DNA from: Lytechinus pictus
Taxonomy: Eukaryota
Direction: 5' to 3'
Assembly: GCF_037042905.1 (NCBI RefSeq)
Contig: NC_087245.1
Coordinates: forward strand, 1,178,001 to 1,242,000
Length of the DNA stretch: 64,000 bases
Shown: positions 25,201 through 34,070 of the stretch, in pieces
Numbering within the stretch: position 1 is the stretch's first letter
Layout of the letters: each line of letters begins with the position of its first letter
Position numbers and translations under genes: made by a program
The notes under the pieces: model-generated
What the model was told of the DNA's origin: nothing
The model's input: the letters and a program-made list of their open reading frames with translations, nothing else
Database searches by the model: none

Positions 25201-27370
25201 TCACATCCAGGTGCTCTTTCAAAAAGTTGCAGGCCTCCTGGGGAAGGGGGGGGTCATGAGACAAAACAATGCAGTTAGAACTGTGGCAGCATCTCCGTGA
25301 TACATGTACATGAAGGAAGACATCTTACTGACTCACATCGTATGCTATTGGGACATATTTAATTGCTCAGCTTGTCAGTGTTATCCAAACAAAATTTGAA
25401 TGCAACACAGCAATCTACCTTGCCAATTTCCATGTGACAATGTCACACAAAAATGAGCAATGTGAGGCATTGCATACATGTATATTTATTCAGCAAAACC
25501 AATAAACTGATCTTACAGTCAGTAGGCAGGTCCCCAAAAAGTGGCTTCTTTCATCCGATTGATATTCATGACAAAGATAGGTTTTGCATATTTATTGAGC
25601 TTGATGCGGACCAAAACACCTCTTTTAATTCAGACATTGCTGCTCGAACATCAAATTTCATGATTTTGGTATCATTGTAAAAAAGAAGCATTCTTTTAGG
25701 TCATTTGTTTGAATTTATTTAACTCTTAACGTGCCATGAACACATATCTGTGCATCCACTGGAATGCCACGAACACATTTTCGTGCAATGGTCATACAGC
25801 TATTGTTATGCCGATTGCATTTTGTGGAGTACATTGCATGCATGAGTGATTCCATTGTTCAGTTCAGCTTATGGTCAAGAGGTTTAACATTACTGTCTCA
25901 GGAGTGATTCCCTCTAAAAAAAAACAATTAAATATAGACCCTTTGAAAATAAATGCCACTCGCTGATTACAGTGAATGGCACATTAAGAGATTTTGTAAT
26001 GTACAGTGTAGGTGAAACTTTTGATCTAAAATGTGCTTCAAAATAATTATTTTCACCTGACAAATATTGTTATTTTTACACTTTATTATTGTATAAGCCC
26101 AAATGATTTTTAAATCATGATAAAGCTGAATATCTATGTTTCAACTTGGTAAAGGTTTCAAATCAAGAATTTGTTTAATCAGGTCAAGATCACACTTTTC
26201 ATTGGCAAAGTGCATGTACATTAATCAAGCAGCTTGAAAACAAGAATACTGCATGTCAAAGAGACCACACACCCACGCAAATTCCAGCAGTTCCAGCGCT
26301 GAGTTAATGGCAAAGACTTACTCCCCATTTGTTGTTTTGAAGCCTTATCCAGCCAATCAGAACTCTAGAAGTCATGCTACTCCAATATTTTAGAAATCTC
26401 GCCTTGTACCTTGGTGAGAAAAGTGTGATCTTGACCCGATTAAAAGGTGCCGCATATTTAGAGTGACATTGTGAAAAAGTACAGAAATTCAGCTTTCTGG
26501 TGATATAGATACATGTATCTTCGAGGCTCAAAATAAAAAGTTTTGCACAAATTTGCAAAAGAAAACAGACGAAGAAAATTCAGCTTTGTACACATTTTCA
26601 GGCCTGAAATCCACTTATTTATCAAAATACTTTATCCAAAATAATCACTAATAGTAATGCAATATGAAAGAGAAACATTTACTCTGTCCAAATGTGCAAA
26701 GATGTTTAATTTGACTTGAAGATAAAGTAGGTAAATTCTTAGAGAAAGAAAGTCTCACGATTCACAAGATTTTGCAAGGAGGATTCAGCTACAAGAGGAT
26801 TTGGATGAATCTGACCCATTTGCTCATTAGCATAGGAGCCTGCGGTCTGACTTCTTAATGCAAATTTACACAAGTTCCTTCAAGTCACATATTCAAGCAG
26901 TTAATGCATAGGCAGGTCACCATCAGGACTGTTGTCATTCTTCTCGTCAAATTCCAATATTATTGGCTTTACACCAAACTACATGTATTTACATACTTCA
27001 ATAGCAGTAGTAACTTTACTTTGTGAATTATTCTTTAAAAGGGAGTATAAAAATCAACATTTATTATTAGTTACAGACCACTCTTACATAAATGTCTTTT
27101 CTAAAGCTTTGGGGGAAAAATGCAAAATATGAATTAAAAAAAAAAAATCCACTGTGAGCAAATGAAGACGACTTACCTGGGCCTGAGGGATAGGAGCATC
27201 AAGAAGCTTCAGCCCTAAGATAGCATAGTGGGCTGTGCTCAAATCAGCATAGGGCCTGGCCTGTTCAAAGATGGTCTTGAACCTGGCTTGGCTGTCCCCT
27301 GATAGGGTCGAGATAGGACTTAGGGCCTGTCCCACAACTGTGAAGACCAGGACTAGTAGAAATACCAAGC
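13163..27370 (-). CDS. RPN2: Ribophorin II (dolichyl-diphosphooligosaccharide-protein glycosyltransferase subunit 2), spliced; coding exons 2-15
   Basis: GT-AG exons 27370-27177, 25237-25142, 23545-23437, 23024-22961, 22737-22617, 21384-21298, 20816-20709, 20250-20057, 18506-18297, 17908-17797, 17046-16849, 15302-15120, 14639-14564, 13299-13163 join in phase (1889 nt plus 1 nt from exon 1, about 630 codons). Recognisable RPN2 motifs: signal peptide [57 protein letters not shown], and C-terminal TM segments WAKLGAN...FHLGLGGIF...YWTHLNMF. Confidence 0.95.
13386..14021 (-). mobile_element. tRNA-derived SINE split by a TTAA-inserting element
   Basis: Minus strand: ggggcatcgTGGTCTAGTGG (A box) ttaa [insert] gactcgtc...GGTTCGATTCC (B box)...cccaggtgaggtaaatgggtaccgg...ggagcgccttgagcacc (L2-like tail). 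Confidence 0.8.
13606..13997. mobile_element. Non-autonomous Kolobok-like DNA transposon
   Basis: TTAA at 13602-13605 and 13998-14001; imperfect TIRs agataaattccagt / actagcatttacct. Confidence 0.75.
14564..14639 (-). CDS. RPN2: RPN2 exon 14
   Basis: gtag|TGG GCC AAG...GGA G|gtaagc; 76 nt; WAKLGANMKNFSPSPSAVGFHLGLG. Confidence 0.93.
15120..15302 (-). CDS. RPN2: RPN2 exon 13 (TM1)
   Basis: catag|GCC GTA...ATC TTG|gtaaga; 183 nt; [36 protein letters not shown]. Confidence 0.94.
15342..15735. mobile_element. Small TIR element
   Basis: gaccacttcgtagtt / aactacgaactggc; caaatgacctttc near both ends. Confidence 0.6.
15905..16837. mobile_element. Helentron/DINE-1-like element with internal ~162-bp tandem repeats
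   Basis: Subterminal inverted repeats gtctcacctgcat (~15933) / atgtaggtgagac (~16820); terminal hairpin gtctcac...gtgagac next to an A-run; units with atgacctttgaccttg start near 16049, 16212, 16374 and ~16580. Confidence 0.75.
16849..17046 (-). CDS. RPN2: RPN2 exon 12
   Basis: ctcag|ACC TTT GTC...AAC TTG|gtatgt; 198 nt; TFVRITNVKTKQEVIFTAE...[16 protein letters not shown]. Confidence 0.94.
17797..17908 (-). CDS. RPN2: RPN2 exon 11
   Basis: gtag|G GTC AAG TAT CCT...CAT CAG|gtatga; 112 nt; VKYPEKVEKGLEADHHQNLVIKFSLKDKSGQPIEAHQ. Confidence 0.92.
18297..18506 (-). CDS. RPN2: RPN2 exon 10
   Basis: tttag|A GCT ATC...ATG AG|gtcagt; 210 nt; ...DTRLIG...VKVTTQV...VVDKDQSITAK. Confidence 0.92.
18740..19732. 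mobile_element. piggyBac-like MITE
   Basis: TTAA|ccctatcttaactagg ... cccagtttaatacggg|TTAA (18736-18739, 19733-19736). Confidence 0.78.
18974..19207. mobile_element. MITE nested in the piggyBac-like element
   Basis: TIRs tagggacagtgattttccgttt / aaacggaaaatcactgtctcta; tgtatg on both flanks; internal aaacggaa repeats. Confidence 0.78.
20057..20250 (-). CDS. RPN2: RPN2 exon 9
   Basis: ttcag|TTC CAA ATT CCA...GAC CC|gtaaga; 194 nt; FQIPVAFSLAGP...IRVRVSNLL. Confidence 0.9.
20709..20816 (-). CDS. RPN2: RPN2 exon 8
   Basis: ctag|GAG CAA...AAC AAG|gtgagt; 108 nt; EQVVLLGNYIVSRQSTQSVRNAYYVLSGTKALSDNK. Confidence 0.9.
20833..20968. repeat. ~68-bp tandem duplication next to the RPN2 exon 8 acceptor
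   Basis: aaaatcattat...gtcatttcaagat(t)ggctaaaaatttgggataattgatataaaaaaa occurs twice. Confidence 0.8.
21298..21384 (-). CDS. RPN2: RPN2 exon 7
   Basis: ttcag|TTT GAC...AGT GAG|gtaaac; 87 nt; FDSLQQTSIFIEGAYKLSGVVNKAPVISE. Confidence 0.9.
21794..22490. mobile_element. Tigger/pogo-like MITE
   Basis: TA|cagtccggcctctcttacccgga ... tccggataagagaggtcggactg|TA. Confidence 0.82.
22617..22737 (-). CDS. RPN2: RPN2 exon 6
   Basis: tgcag|T TCC AGT...TTA CAG|gtaaga; 121 nt; includes [17 protein letters not shown]. Confidence 0.92.
22961..23024 (-). CDS. RPN2: RPN2 exon 5
   Basis: ctctag|TT AAT TCT...TTA AG|gtaact; 64 nt; NSAEVVKALDAGLKKDDSVL. Confidence 0.88.
23437..23545 (-). CDS. RPN2: RPN2 exon 4
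   Basis: tag|GTG CCA...ACC A|gtaagt; 109 nt; VPLSNGQQVLNAAVTDSSDVATVFYAVTALTALGLT. Confidence 0.9.
24406..25098. mobile_element. MITE inserted in an older repeat; contains a further ~115-bp palindrome (24853-24965)
   Basis: TIRs cagtccttca / tgaaggtctg; cagttg duplicated at 24400-24405 and 25099-25104; subterminal ggagc/gctcc repeats. Confidence 0.7.
25142..25237 (-). CDS. RPN2: RPN2 exon 3
   Basis: cag|GAG GCC TGC...TGC AAG|gttagt; 96 nt; EACNFLKEHLDVNSIQSIYHATTGAKALGNCK. Confidence 0.9.
27177..27370 (-). CDS. RPN2: RPN2 exon 2 (signal peptide h-region, start of luminal domain)
   Basis: tttgtag|GC TTG GTA...GCC CAG|gtaagt; 194 nt; phase 1 to 0. Confidence 0.93.
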
Positions 27371-28416
27371 CTACAAAAAGGGGAGGGGATTAAATTTGGT
27401 TCATGTATGGTATGTTTTAAGAAAGCATATAGTTGATGCACAAATGTTTAATGTGATTCATTTTCTTACAATTTGCAGACCCAATCGATGGCCACACATG
27501 GAAAAATAACTTGACAGTTACAAAAGTTCTCATAATCTATCAAAACGTAAGATCACTGGAACACTGATGAACATGCGCTAATTGATTTATCATTGATTTG
27601 TTCAATGATTATGAGCGATTTTAAAATCAAACTAATGTCGTTTCAGCAAACGATAAATCTCCTAATGAAAATCTTTCAAATCAAGTTAAATTATCACCAT
27701 GTCATAACATAAACCCCCCCAAAAAACCTTGCATATCAGTGAAATCAAAGCTGAAAGTGATCAAACCGACGATCGGCATCTTAAACACACATCACATGAT
27801 AATTCGAACTGGATTGAAGAATGTCAGTAGGGTCTCAATTTATGGTGTTTTAAAATTGCATTCAGACCAAAGTCAAAGACTACAGATTATGTTCTTGACT
27901 TCACAGTAATAATAAAAAAGACTGAAACATTTTATTATTTTTGGTATTTCACTGTTGTCCCAAATGTGTAGGGTGGAAGAAAGGTCAAGATTCGGGGGGG
28001 GGGGGGGGGGCACTTCCATTGACGAATGGATACCAGGTCGATCATGGGGTCTCGAAAAGCACCCTAAACATGTATTTTCCATATTCTGAAAATGCACCCC
28101 TTAAGTACTGTATAACAAGTATTGGCATGTGAATCCTTACCCAAACAAGTATTGGAGACAAAATAGTACCCTTGACAAGTATTCCCTGAATTGACCCCCT
28201 TACACAAGTACAGCGAATTGATCACGAACGTCGGCTTTACATTTACCGTGTTCACTTACATTGGGTTTATTACCATCCGTCCAGTCCTCCCACACCTTGC
28301 TCAAATTGGACCCTAAACACGTGGTGTTGGGGCAAAAAGTAGGCCTTTATCCTGGCTTAAGATTTTTTTTTATAAAGCATCTTTTTTAATTATACCCTCG
28401 CAAATTGGACTGTAGG

Positions 28417-29428
28417 CAGTAGAGGCGCACGGCCAATATGGGAGACTCTCTCCAATAGGGGGGGACAATCTCCCACATTGGAGACTTGCTTTGCAAAAGG
28501 ACAAAATAAGCAACACCAACAAAAGTCAAAAGCATGATTTTTTCCACCCAAAATTTTGTCTCACTGAGGTCAGAAGCCCATTTGTTTTGTGTGTGATTGA
28601 CAACAAAATTCCTTATCAAAACAAAAGTAGACGGTGAATTTTTAAAGTAGACGGTGAACAGGGGTAATTTTTCATGAGGAATCTGCTTATCACATTTTTA
28701 TTTGCCGCCAAGGTAATCCTTTTGCAGCAAATGTAAACAAAGGAAATTGGTCTCCAAAACTGGAGACTGTCTCTGAAATTGGATACCCAAATTCTTTACA
28801 CAAGTCTCTGATACCCTTTTTACACACGCTAAAATTTCCTTAACCCCGTACTATAGGTGGGGCTAAATTGCCATTTAGCCCCACCTATAGTACGGGGTTA
28901 AGCTTAGCCCACTTTCTTTTTACACAGCATTTTTGCAAAGTGGGCTAACCCCACCTTTAGTACGGGATTATTTGGCCCTGCAAAAAAGCAGGGTTATCCC
29001 AGCAATTGCGGTGCTAAGAGCGATAGTACGGGGTTAAGATCGCTAGTGTAAAACGAAAGTGGGCTAAGCTTAACCCCGTACTATAGGTGGGGCTAAATGG
29101 CAATTTGGCCCCACCTATAGTACGGGGTTAAGGAAATTGTAGCGTGTGTAAAAAGGTACGAGTGAAGTACTTGTACTACGAATGATCGACAAAAACCACT
29201 AGTCCGGGGTTAGCGAGTTTCGTGTGTGAAAAGCAAGCATTCCTTATCCGGGGTTAGCAATAACAATTTGGCATGTGTAAAAAGGAAAAAAAAATAGTAC
29301 GGGGTTAAGGATAGTACGGGGTTAGCGATAGTCCGGGGCTAAGAAAATCCTGTGTAAAAAGGGTATGATATTGGAGATAATCTCCCACTATGGAGACAGT
29401 CTCCAATATTGGCCGTGCGCCTCTACTG
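28417..29428. mobile_element. MITE with ~30-bp TIRs
   Basis: cagtagaggcgcacggccaatatgggagac / gtctccaatattggccgtgcgcctctactg; gtagg duplicated at 28412-28416 and 29429-29433. Confidence 0.8.
28812..29365. mobile_element. PIF/Harbinger-like MITE with internal hairpins
   Basis: TIRs taccctttttacac / gtgtaaaaagggta; TGA duplicated on the flanks; repeated tagtacggggtta motif. Confidence 0.78.
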
Positions 29429-29570
29429 GTAGGCCACATAGCTTTCCTAGCGAAATATACACCCTTTTTTCAATATTTTTGACACCCAATCTTGAAAAAC
29501 AGCTTCTTCATGTCTTTCTTTGTTCACGCCTGTTATTTTACGTAAAGTTAGTGCAGTTAAGACTTAAATC

Positions 29571-30681
29571 GGCGCTAGTGTAGTTTCGCACCTCCCCGTT
29601 TAATGGTTTTCAAACATGTACAATCTCACCCTAAATAATTCACAACCTAAAATACTTGCATCTGAGCCTCCAAAGTCCAGTAGAAGTTGAATATTTGCCG
29701 TTTTGACACTTTTTTACAAAGTTTTACACCCATTTCGGAATCACTCGGTCGCTTGATCAAGCTCAGCGCTGCACATAAGCAGTCGGTACGCGTACAGTAC
29801 GTACCACCTAGTGAAGTGCAAGAAGAGCGAGTTTTTCTATGGTATCTTCAAAAAGATTTTTTCCCCTCTTTCAGCTTGCACCAAGTATTACGGTAGTGGT
29901 TGTGCAGAGTGGTTGATGTTTGTTGTGTGAAGGTATGTGTGTGTGGTGTGCGTGTGTGTGATTTTTTTAATGAAATAAGAAATGTGAATACAGTTGAAAG
30001 TTCTCTGACCTAGAGTTCAAAACAAGGCTCTACATTATTATTTCTTATTTCATCGCTAAATCTACGTGTATTCACATTTTTCACATTTCTTATTTCATTC
30101 AAACAAGCACACACACGCACACCCCACACACACCTTCACACAACAAACATCAACCACTCTGCACAACCACTACCGTAATACTTGGTGCAAGCTGAAAGAG
30201 GGGAAAAAAATATTTTTGAAGATACCATAGAAAAACTCGCTCTTCTTGCACAACTGGGCGTTGTGGCGTGCGCCTGTAATCCAAGCTACGTGGGGAAGTT
30301 ACAAATTGATGCAGAGGTTCGAACCCTGGTCACGTCTTTCGGATGGTGACGTTAAAGGTCGGTCCCAGACGTAAATAATCATATCTCATTGATACACGTC
30401 TGACAAAACTCAAAATACACACACACTTCACTAGGTGGTACGTACTGTACGCGTACCGACTGCTTATGTGCAGCGCTGAGCTTGATCAAGCGACCGAGTG
30501 ATTCCGAAATACTCAAATAGGTGTAAAACTTTGAAAAAAAGTGTTAAAACGGCAAATATTCAACTTCTACTGGACTTTTTGGAGGCTCAGATGCAAGTAT
30601 TTTAGGTTGTGAATTATTTAGGGTGAGATTGTACATGTTTGAAAACCATTTAACGGGGAGGTGCGAAACTACACTAGCGCC
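29571..30681. mobile_element. Foldback/MITE with ~420-bp inverted arms and 8-bp TSD (Merlin- or MULE-like)
   Basis: Arms ggcgctagtgtagtttcgcacctcccc... and ...ggggaggtgcgaaactacactagcgcc; flanked by cttaaatc at 29563-29570 and 30682-30689. Confidence 0.88.
30252..30426 (+). mobile_element. SINE copy 1 with 7SL/Alu-domain-like head, Deu-like body, (CA)n tail
   Basis: actgggcgttgtggcgtgcgcctgtaatccaagctac...ggttcgaaccctgg...gtctttcggatggtgacgttaaaggtcggtcc...aaaatacacacacac; precisely interrupts one arm of a palindrome. Confidence 0.85.
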
Positions 30682-31013
30682 CTTAAATCTCTTCTTCCAC
30701 ACTCATTATAGAGACAGCCAGTCTTTTAAGAGAAAATTTCAGATTCCGGTAAACAGCTAGAGTTGTAGACTCTATTCTCTAGACTCTAAGGCTAAACTGT
30801 TTTCAATTACCATAAATATTGATCTTGAGAGATCACTTAATAAGCACTCTAGGCGACACCCCAATACTTACCCGTGCTAATAAACTGGGACTCCACTCAC
30901 GCGCATTTGGGCCGCCCTAGCTTAGAACTAAGCTTTGTTTTACTAAAAAATAAATCTTGTAATGATTCAATAAATGTTACTTAATAAATTAGTACTGTTA
31001 AATCGGTACTCAC

Positions 31014-31090
31014 CGGTTCTTTTCTTGAATTTTCTGGCAATTTCCCACGCTTCTGGCTTCAATTCTGCGGCTGTTCCTGTCGCGGTAGAC
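31014..31090 (-). other. RPN2: Probable RPN2 first exon (5'UTR plus missing/atypical start codon)
   Basis: GC-richer island ending in a strong donor ACC G|gtgagt at 31014/31013, with a TATAAATA on the minus strand near 31108-31115; 5' end approximate. Confidence 0.6.
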
Positions 31091-31500
31091 AGCTACATAT
31101 GCAACTTTATTTATAAATAGAGCGCCCCTTACGATAGTTGTTAAGAACGCGGCCAAATTGTTAGGTTTTTTGCACTGTGTGCAAGGCGTTTTTATTTTGT
31201 TTGATTTTTTATTTTTTAATAAATATTTTGTTAAATAGCGATTTTTACGTCAAATATTAAATTCATATCACAAAATATTTTTAATTGTAGAAATATATAT
31301 AATATCATGCAATTTTTTATTCTATATATATTTTATAATAAAATTTATAATTGTTGCGGTCTTTAAAAAAGGATAGTCGATCGATCAGGTGATGACTACT
31401 CGTATCACGTGATCTGAAAATCAGCTTCGTACCGCTTTGATCGCACTCGACGGGACCGGACTGACTGCCAAGAAAAGATCGAAAAAGGACTCAAATGTAA
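31090..31500. promoter_or_regulatory. Putative bidirectional promoter
   Basis: Minus-strand RPN2 first exon on the left; plus-strand CpG-richer segment ending in donor AAT|gtaagt at 31497; palindromic E-box atcacgtgat at ~31404; TATAAATA on both strands at ~31108-31119. Confidence 0.45.
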
Positions 31501-32328
31501 GTTTCCCTTTATTTTATAACATTTAAAATATGAGTAGGATTATAGTTAATGGGTAATTTTTTAATAAATGCTAAACAAATGAGGACAAAGCTTGCATTTT
31601 TCGAGTAATAATCACTAATATCATAAAAATACTTGGGTGCAGGACTTCTAACCTGTTTTTAACGCATTGTCGCCTATGAGGTCCATACATGTTAATGTTT
31701 GGACCTCATTGGTACTAGGAGTGCTTAATAAGCAGTCTACAGAATACACACAACTTGAGTTGGCCGGACTACGAGCTACGCTACGTGTCCACTGCAGCTG
31801 CCTGCGCTCGCCAGCGCCACCACCCGTGCCCCTTGGCTCTGCCGCTGTAAATCATACACGTGGCAACACTTCCTCACGTCACTCGCTCTCGCGTCCGACG
31901 TCCCGATATCTCTCGCACACAAATTAACTCGGCTCTGGGCAAAATACGCTCTAAAAACATATTAATTTTGAGATTTTCACAGCTGATTTCTCTCTCATAT
32001 TAAAACACAAGCAACCTGGAATCTATAATTATATTACGCAAATTAAAATAGGTGTGTAAAATTCTTATTAAGATAAAATCGAATATTTTAGGCAAACTTT
32101 ACCTCTCGCCATTTCGCCGCTCCTCTTGAACAAAATGTAAAGGTGCAATTTCTCAAAATGATCGATAGGGGACAGATGTCGAAATGACAGACCTGTAAAA
32201 TTCAAATATCTTGAGTGACAACAATATGCTCTTTTCGTAACAGTTATCGAGGGTAAACCTTTGTCTTTATTTATTTTCTTCACTGTTTTTATTTCTGTAT
32301 ATGTCATGTTTATTATGTATGCTTGTAA

Positions 32329-32520
32329 ACCAGGCGTTGTGGCGTGCGCCTGTAATCCAAGCTATGCGGGGAAGTTACAAATTGATGCAGAGGTTCGAGG
32401 TTCGAGCCCTGGTCACGTCTTTCGGTTGGTGACGTTAAAGGTCGTTCCCAGACGTAAATAATCATATCTGATTGATACACGTCTGACAAAACTCAAAATA
32501 CACACACACACATACACACA
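32329..32520 (+). mobile_element. SINE copy 2 (same family)
   Basis: accaggcgttgtggcgtgcgcctgtaatccaagctatgc...ggttcgagccctgg...(ca)n; near-identical to copies 1 and 3. Confidence 0.85.
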
Positions 32521-32559
32521 GGCCAATTGGCTTGAACGGGACAAACCTGTTAAATAAAT

Positions 32560-33280
32560 ATCTAAACAATTGATGCGAGCTGAAAATTTTTGATATTCTG
32601 ACCTCGAATTTTGAAAATCTATTTTAGGAATCAAGAATAGGATGGGTATCTCTATCTCATTTTATGCGAGCGCTAAGCGCGAGCAGAAATTTTTTAAACT
32701 TCCGACCCAAAACTGGACATTCTAAGCACTTTTTATAACCATGAAAAGGATGGGTATCTTTTCAGTGATGCGGCGCGAAGCGCGAGTTTAAAATTTTTGA
32801 TATTCAGACCCAAAACTGGACATTCTAAGCACATTTTGTAACCACGAATAAAACCGGTTTTTTAGGCAATTTATGCGAGCGCGAAGCGTAAACTGAAAAT
32901 CTTTGGACATTCTGACTGAAAATTTGAAAATTCTAACCACTATTGCTGATTATGAACAGGATGGGTATTTATTTAAACAATTGTGCGAGCGCGAACTGAA
33001 AAAAAAATTGATTTTCTAACCTAAAATTTTGACATTCTAAGCACTTTTGGTAATCATGAACAGGATAGTCATTTAACTATAATAAGCAAAACTGTACATT
33101 TTGAGCACTCTTTGTGACCATGAACAGTACGAGTATCAATGTTAACAATTGATGCGAGCGCGAAGAGCGAGATGAAAAGAATATATATATATATATATAT
33201 TCTGACCTAAAATATTTACTTTCTATGCACCTTTGGTAATCATAAACAGGATGGGCATCTAACTAAGCATTTGACTCGAG
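32560..33280 (+). repeat. ~80-bp degenerate tandem units carrying gcgagcgcgaagcgcgagc
   Basis: Motif recurs about every 80 bp with ...tttgacattctaagcacttt... spacers; same family at 52887-54112. Confidence 0.75.
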
Positions 33281-33289
33281 CAAACATGA

Positions 33290-34070
33290 GTTTGGCGCCC
33301 CATGTGAAACATGAATATGGCGCCCCTCCCTATACGTTGAACATCAAATTTGCGCCCCTTTGTCGAACATCGATTCGGCGCCCCCCTAGGGAGAACATCA
33401 ATTTGGCGCCCCTATGTCGAACGTCAATTCGTCACCCCTAATTAGTCGAACATGAATTCGGTCGAACATCAATTCGGCGCCCCTAATTAAAGCGCCCCCC
33501 CTCCCCTCGGTCGGACATAAAGTCGTTGCCCCTCTCCTACCATGTCGAAGATCAATAAATTCGGCGCCCCTATATCGTACACAAATTCGGTGCTCCTAGG
33601 ACGAACATCGTTTCGCCCCCCCCCCCCCAGGTTTAACATCAATTCGTCGCCACGCTATGTCGAACATCAATTCGGCGCCCTAGGTCATGTGGGTAAAAAT
33701 TCAACCCCCCACCTTTGGTTTAATTGAACATAAATTCGGAGCCCCTATGTCGAACATGAATTCGGCGCCCCGATGTCGAAAATCAATTCGGCTCCCCTAG
33801 GTAATACATGAATTCGACGCCCTCCCCTCTAGCTTCATCACCAATTCGGCGCCCTGCTATATCGAACATCAATTCGGCGTCCCGAGGTAAAACAAAGTCG
33901 GCACCCCCTAGCTTGAACATAAATCCGGCACTCCTAAGTAACACACTAATTCGGCACCCCGCTATATCAAACATCAAGTCGTCGCCCCCTATGTCGAACA
34001 TCAATTCGGCGCCCCTAGGTCGAACATCGATTCGGCGCCCCCTGGGTCGAACATCAGTTCGGCGCCTCCC
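33290..34070 (+). repeat. ~26-bp minisatellite (gtcgaacatcaattcggcgcccct)
   Basis: Many degenerate tandem copies; produces spurious ORFs 33783-34004 and 33808-34263. Confidence 0.85.

Noticed and set aside
30252..30426. Human Alu contamination or a functional 7SL gene
   Set aside because: Only the 5' portion is 7SL-like, with no S domain or Alu dimer/poly-A; copies are embedded in host repeats and share a non-Alu body
30871..30920. Alternative RPN2 coding exon 1 (ATG at ~30906)
   Set aside because: ATG CGC|gtgagt is phase 0 and hits a stop in exon 2; reading to the gtaagt donor meets TAG in frame
31036..31050. ER-stress element (gcaat...ccacg) near the RPN2 start
   Set aside because: Does not match CCAAT-N9-CCACG or ATTGG-N-CCACG and lies inside the putative exon
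33290..34070. CRISPR-like repeat array
   Set aside because: Degenerate head-to-tail units with no unique spacers, no cas genes, eukaryotic context
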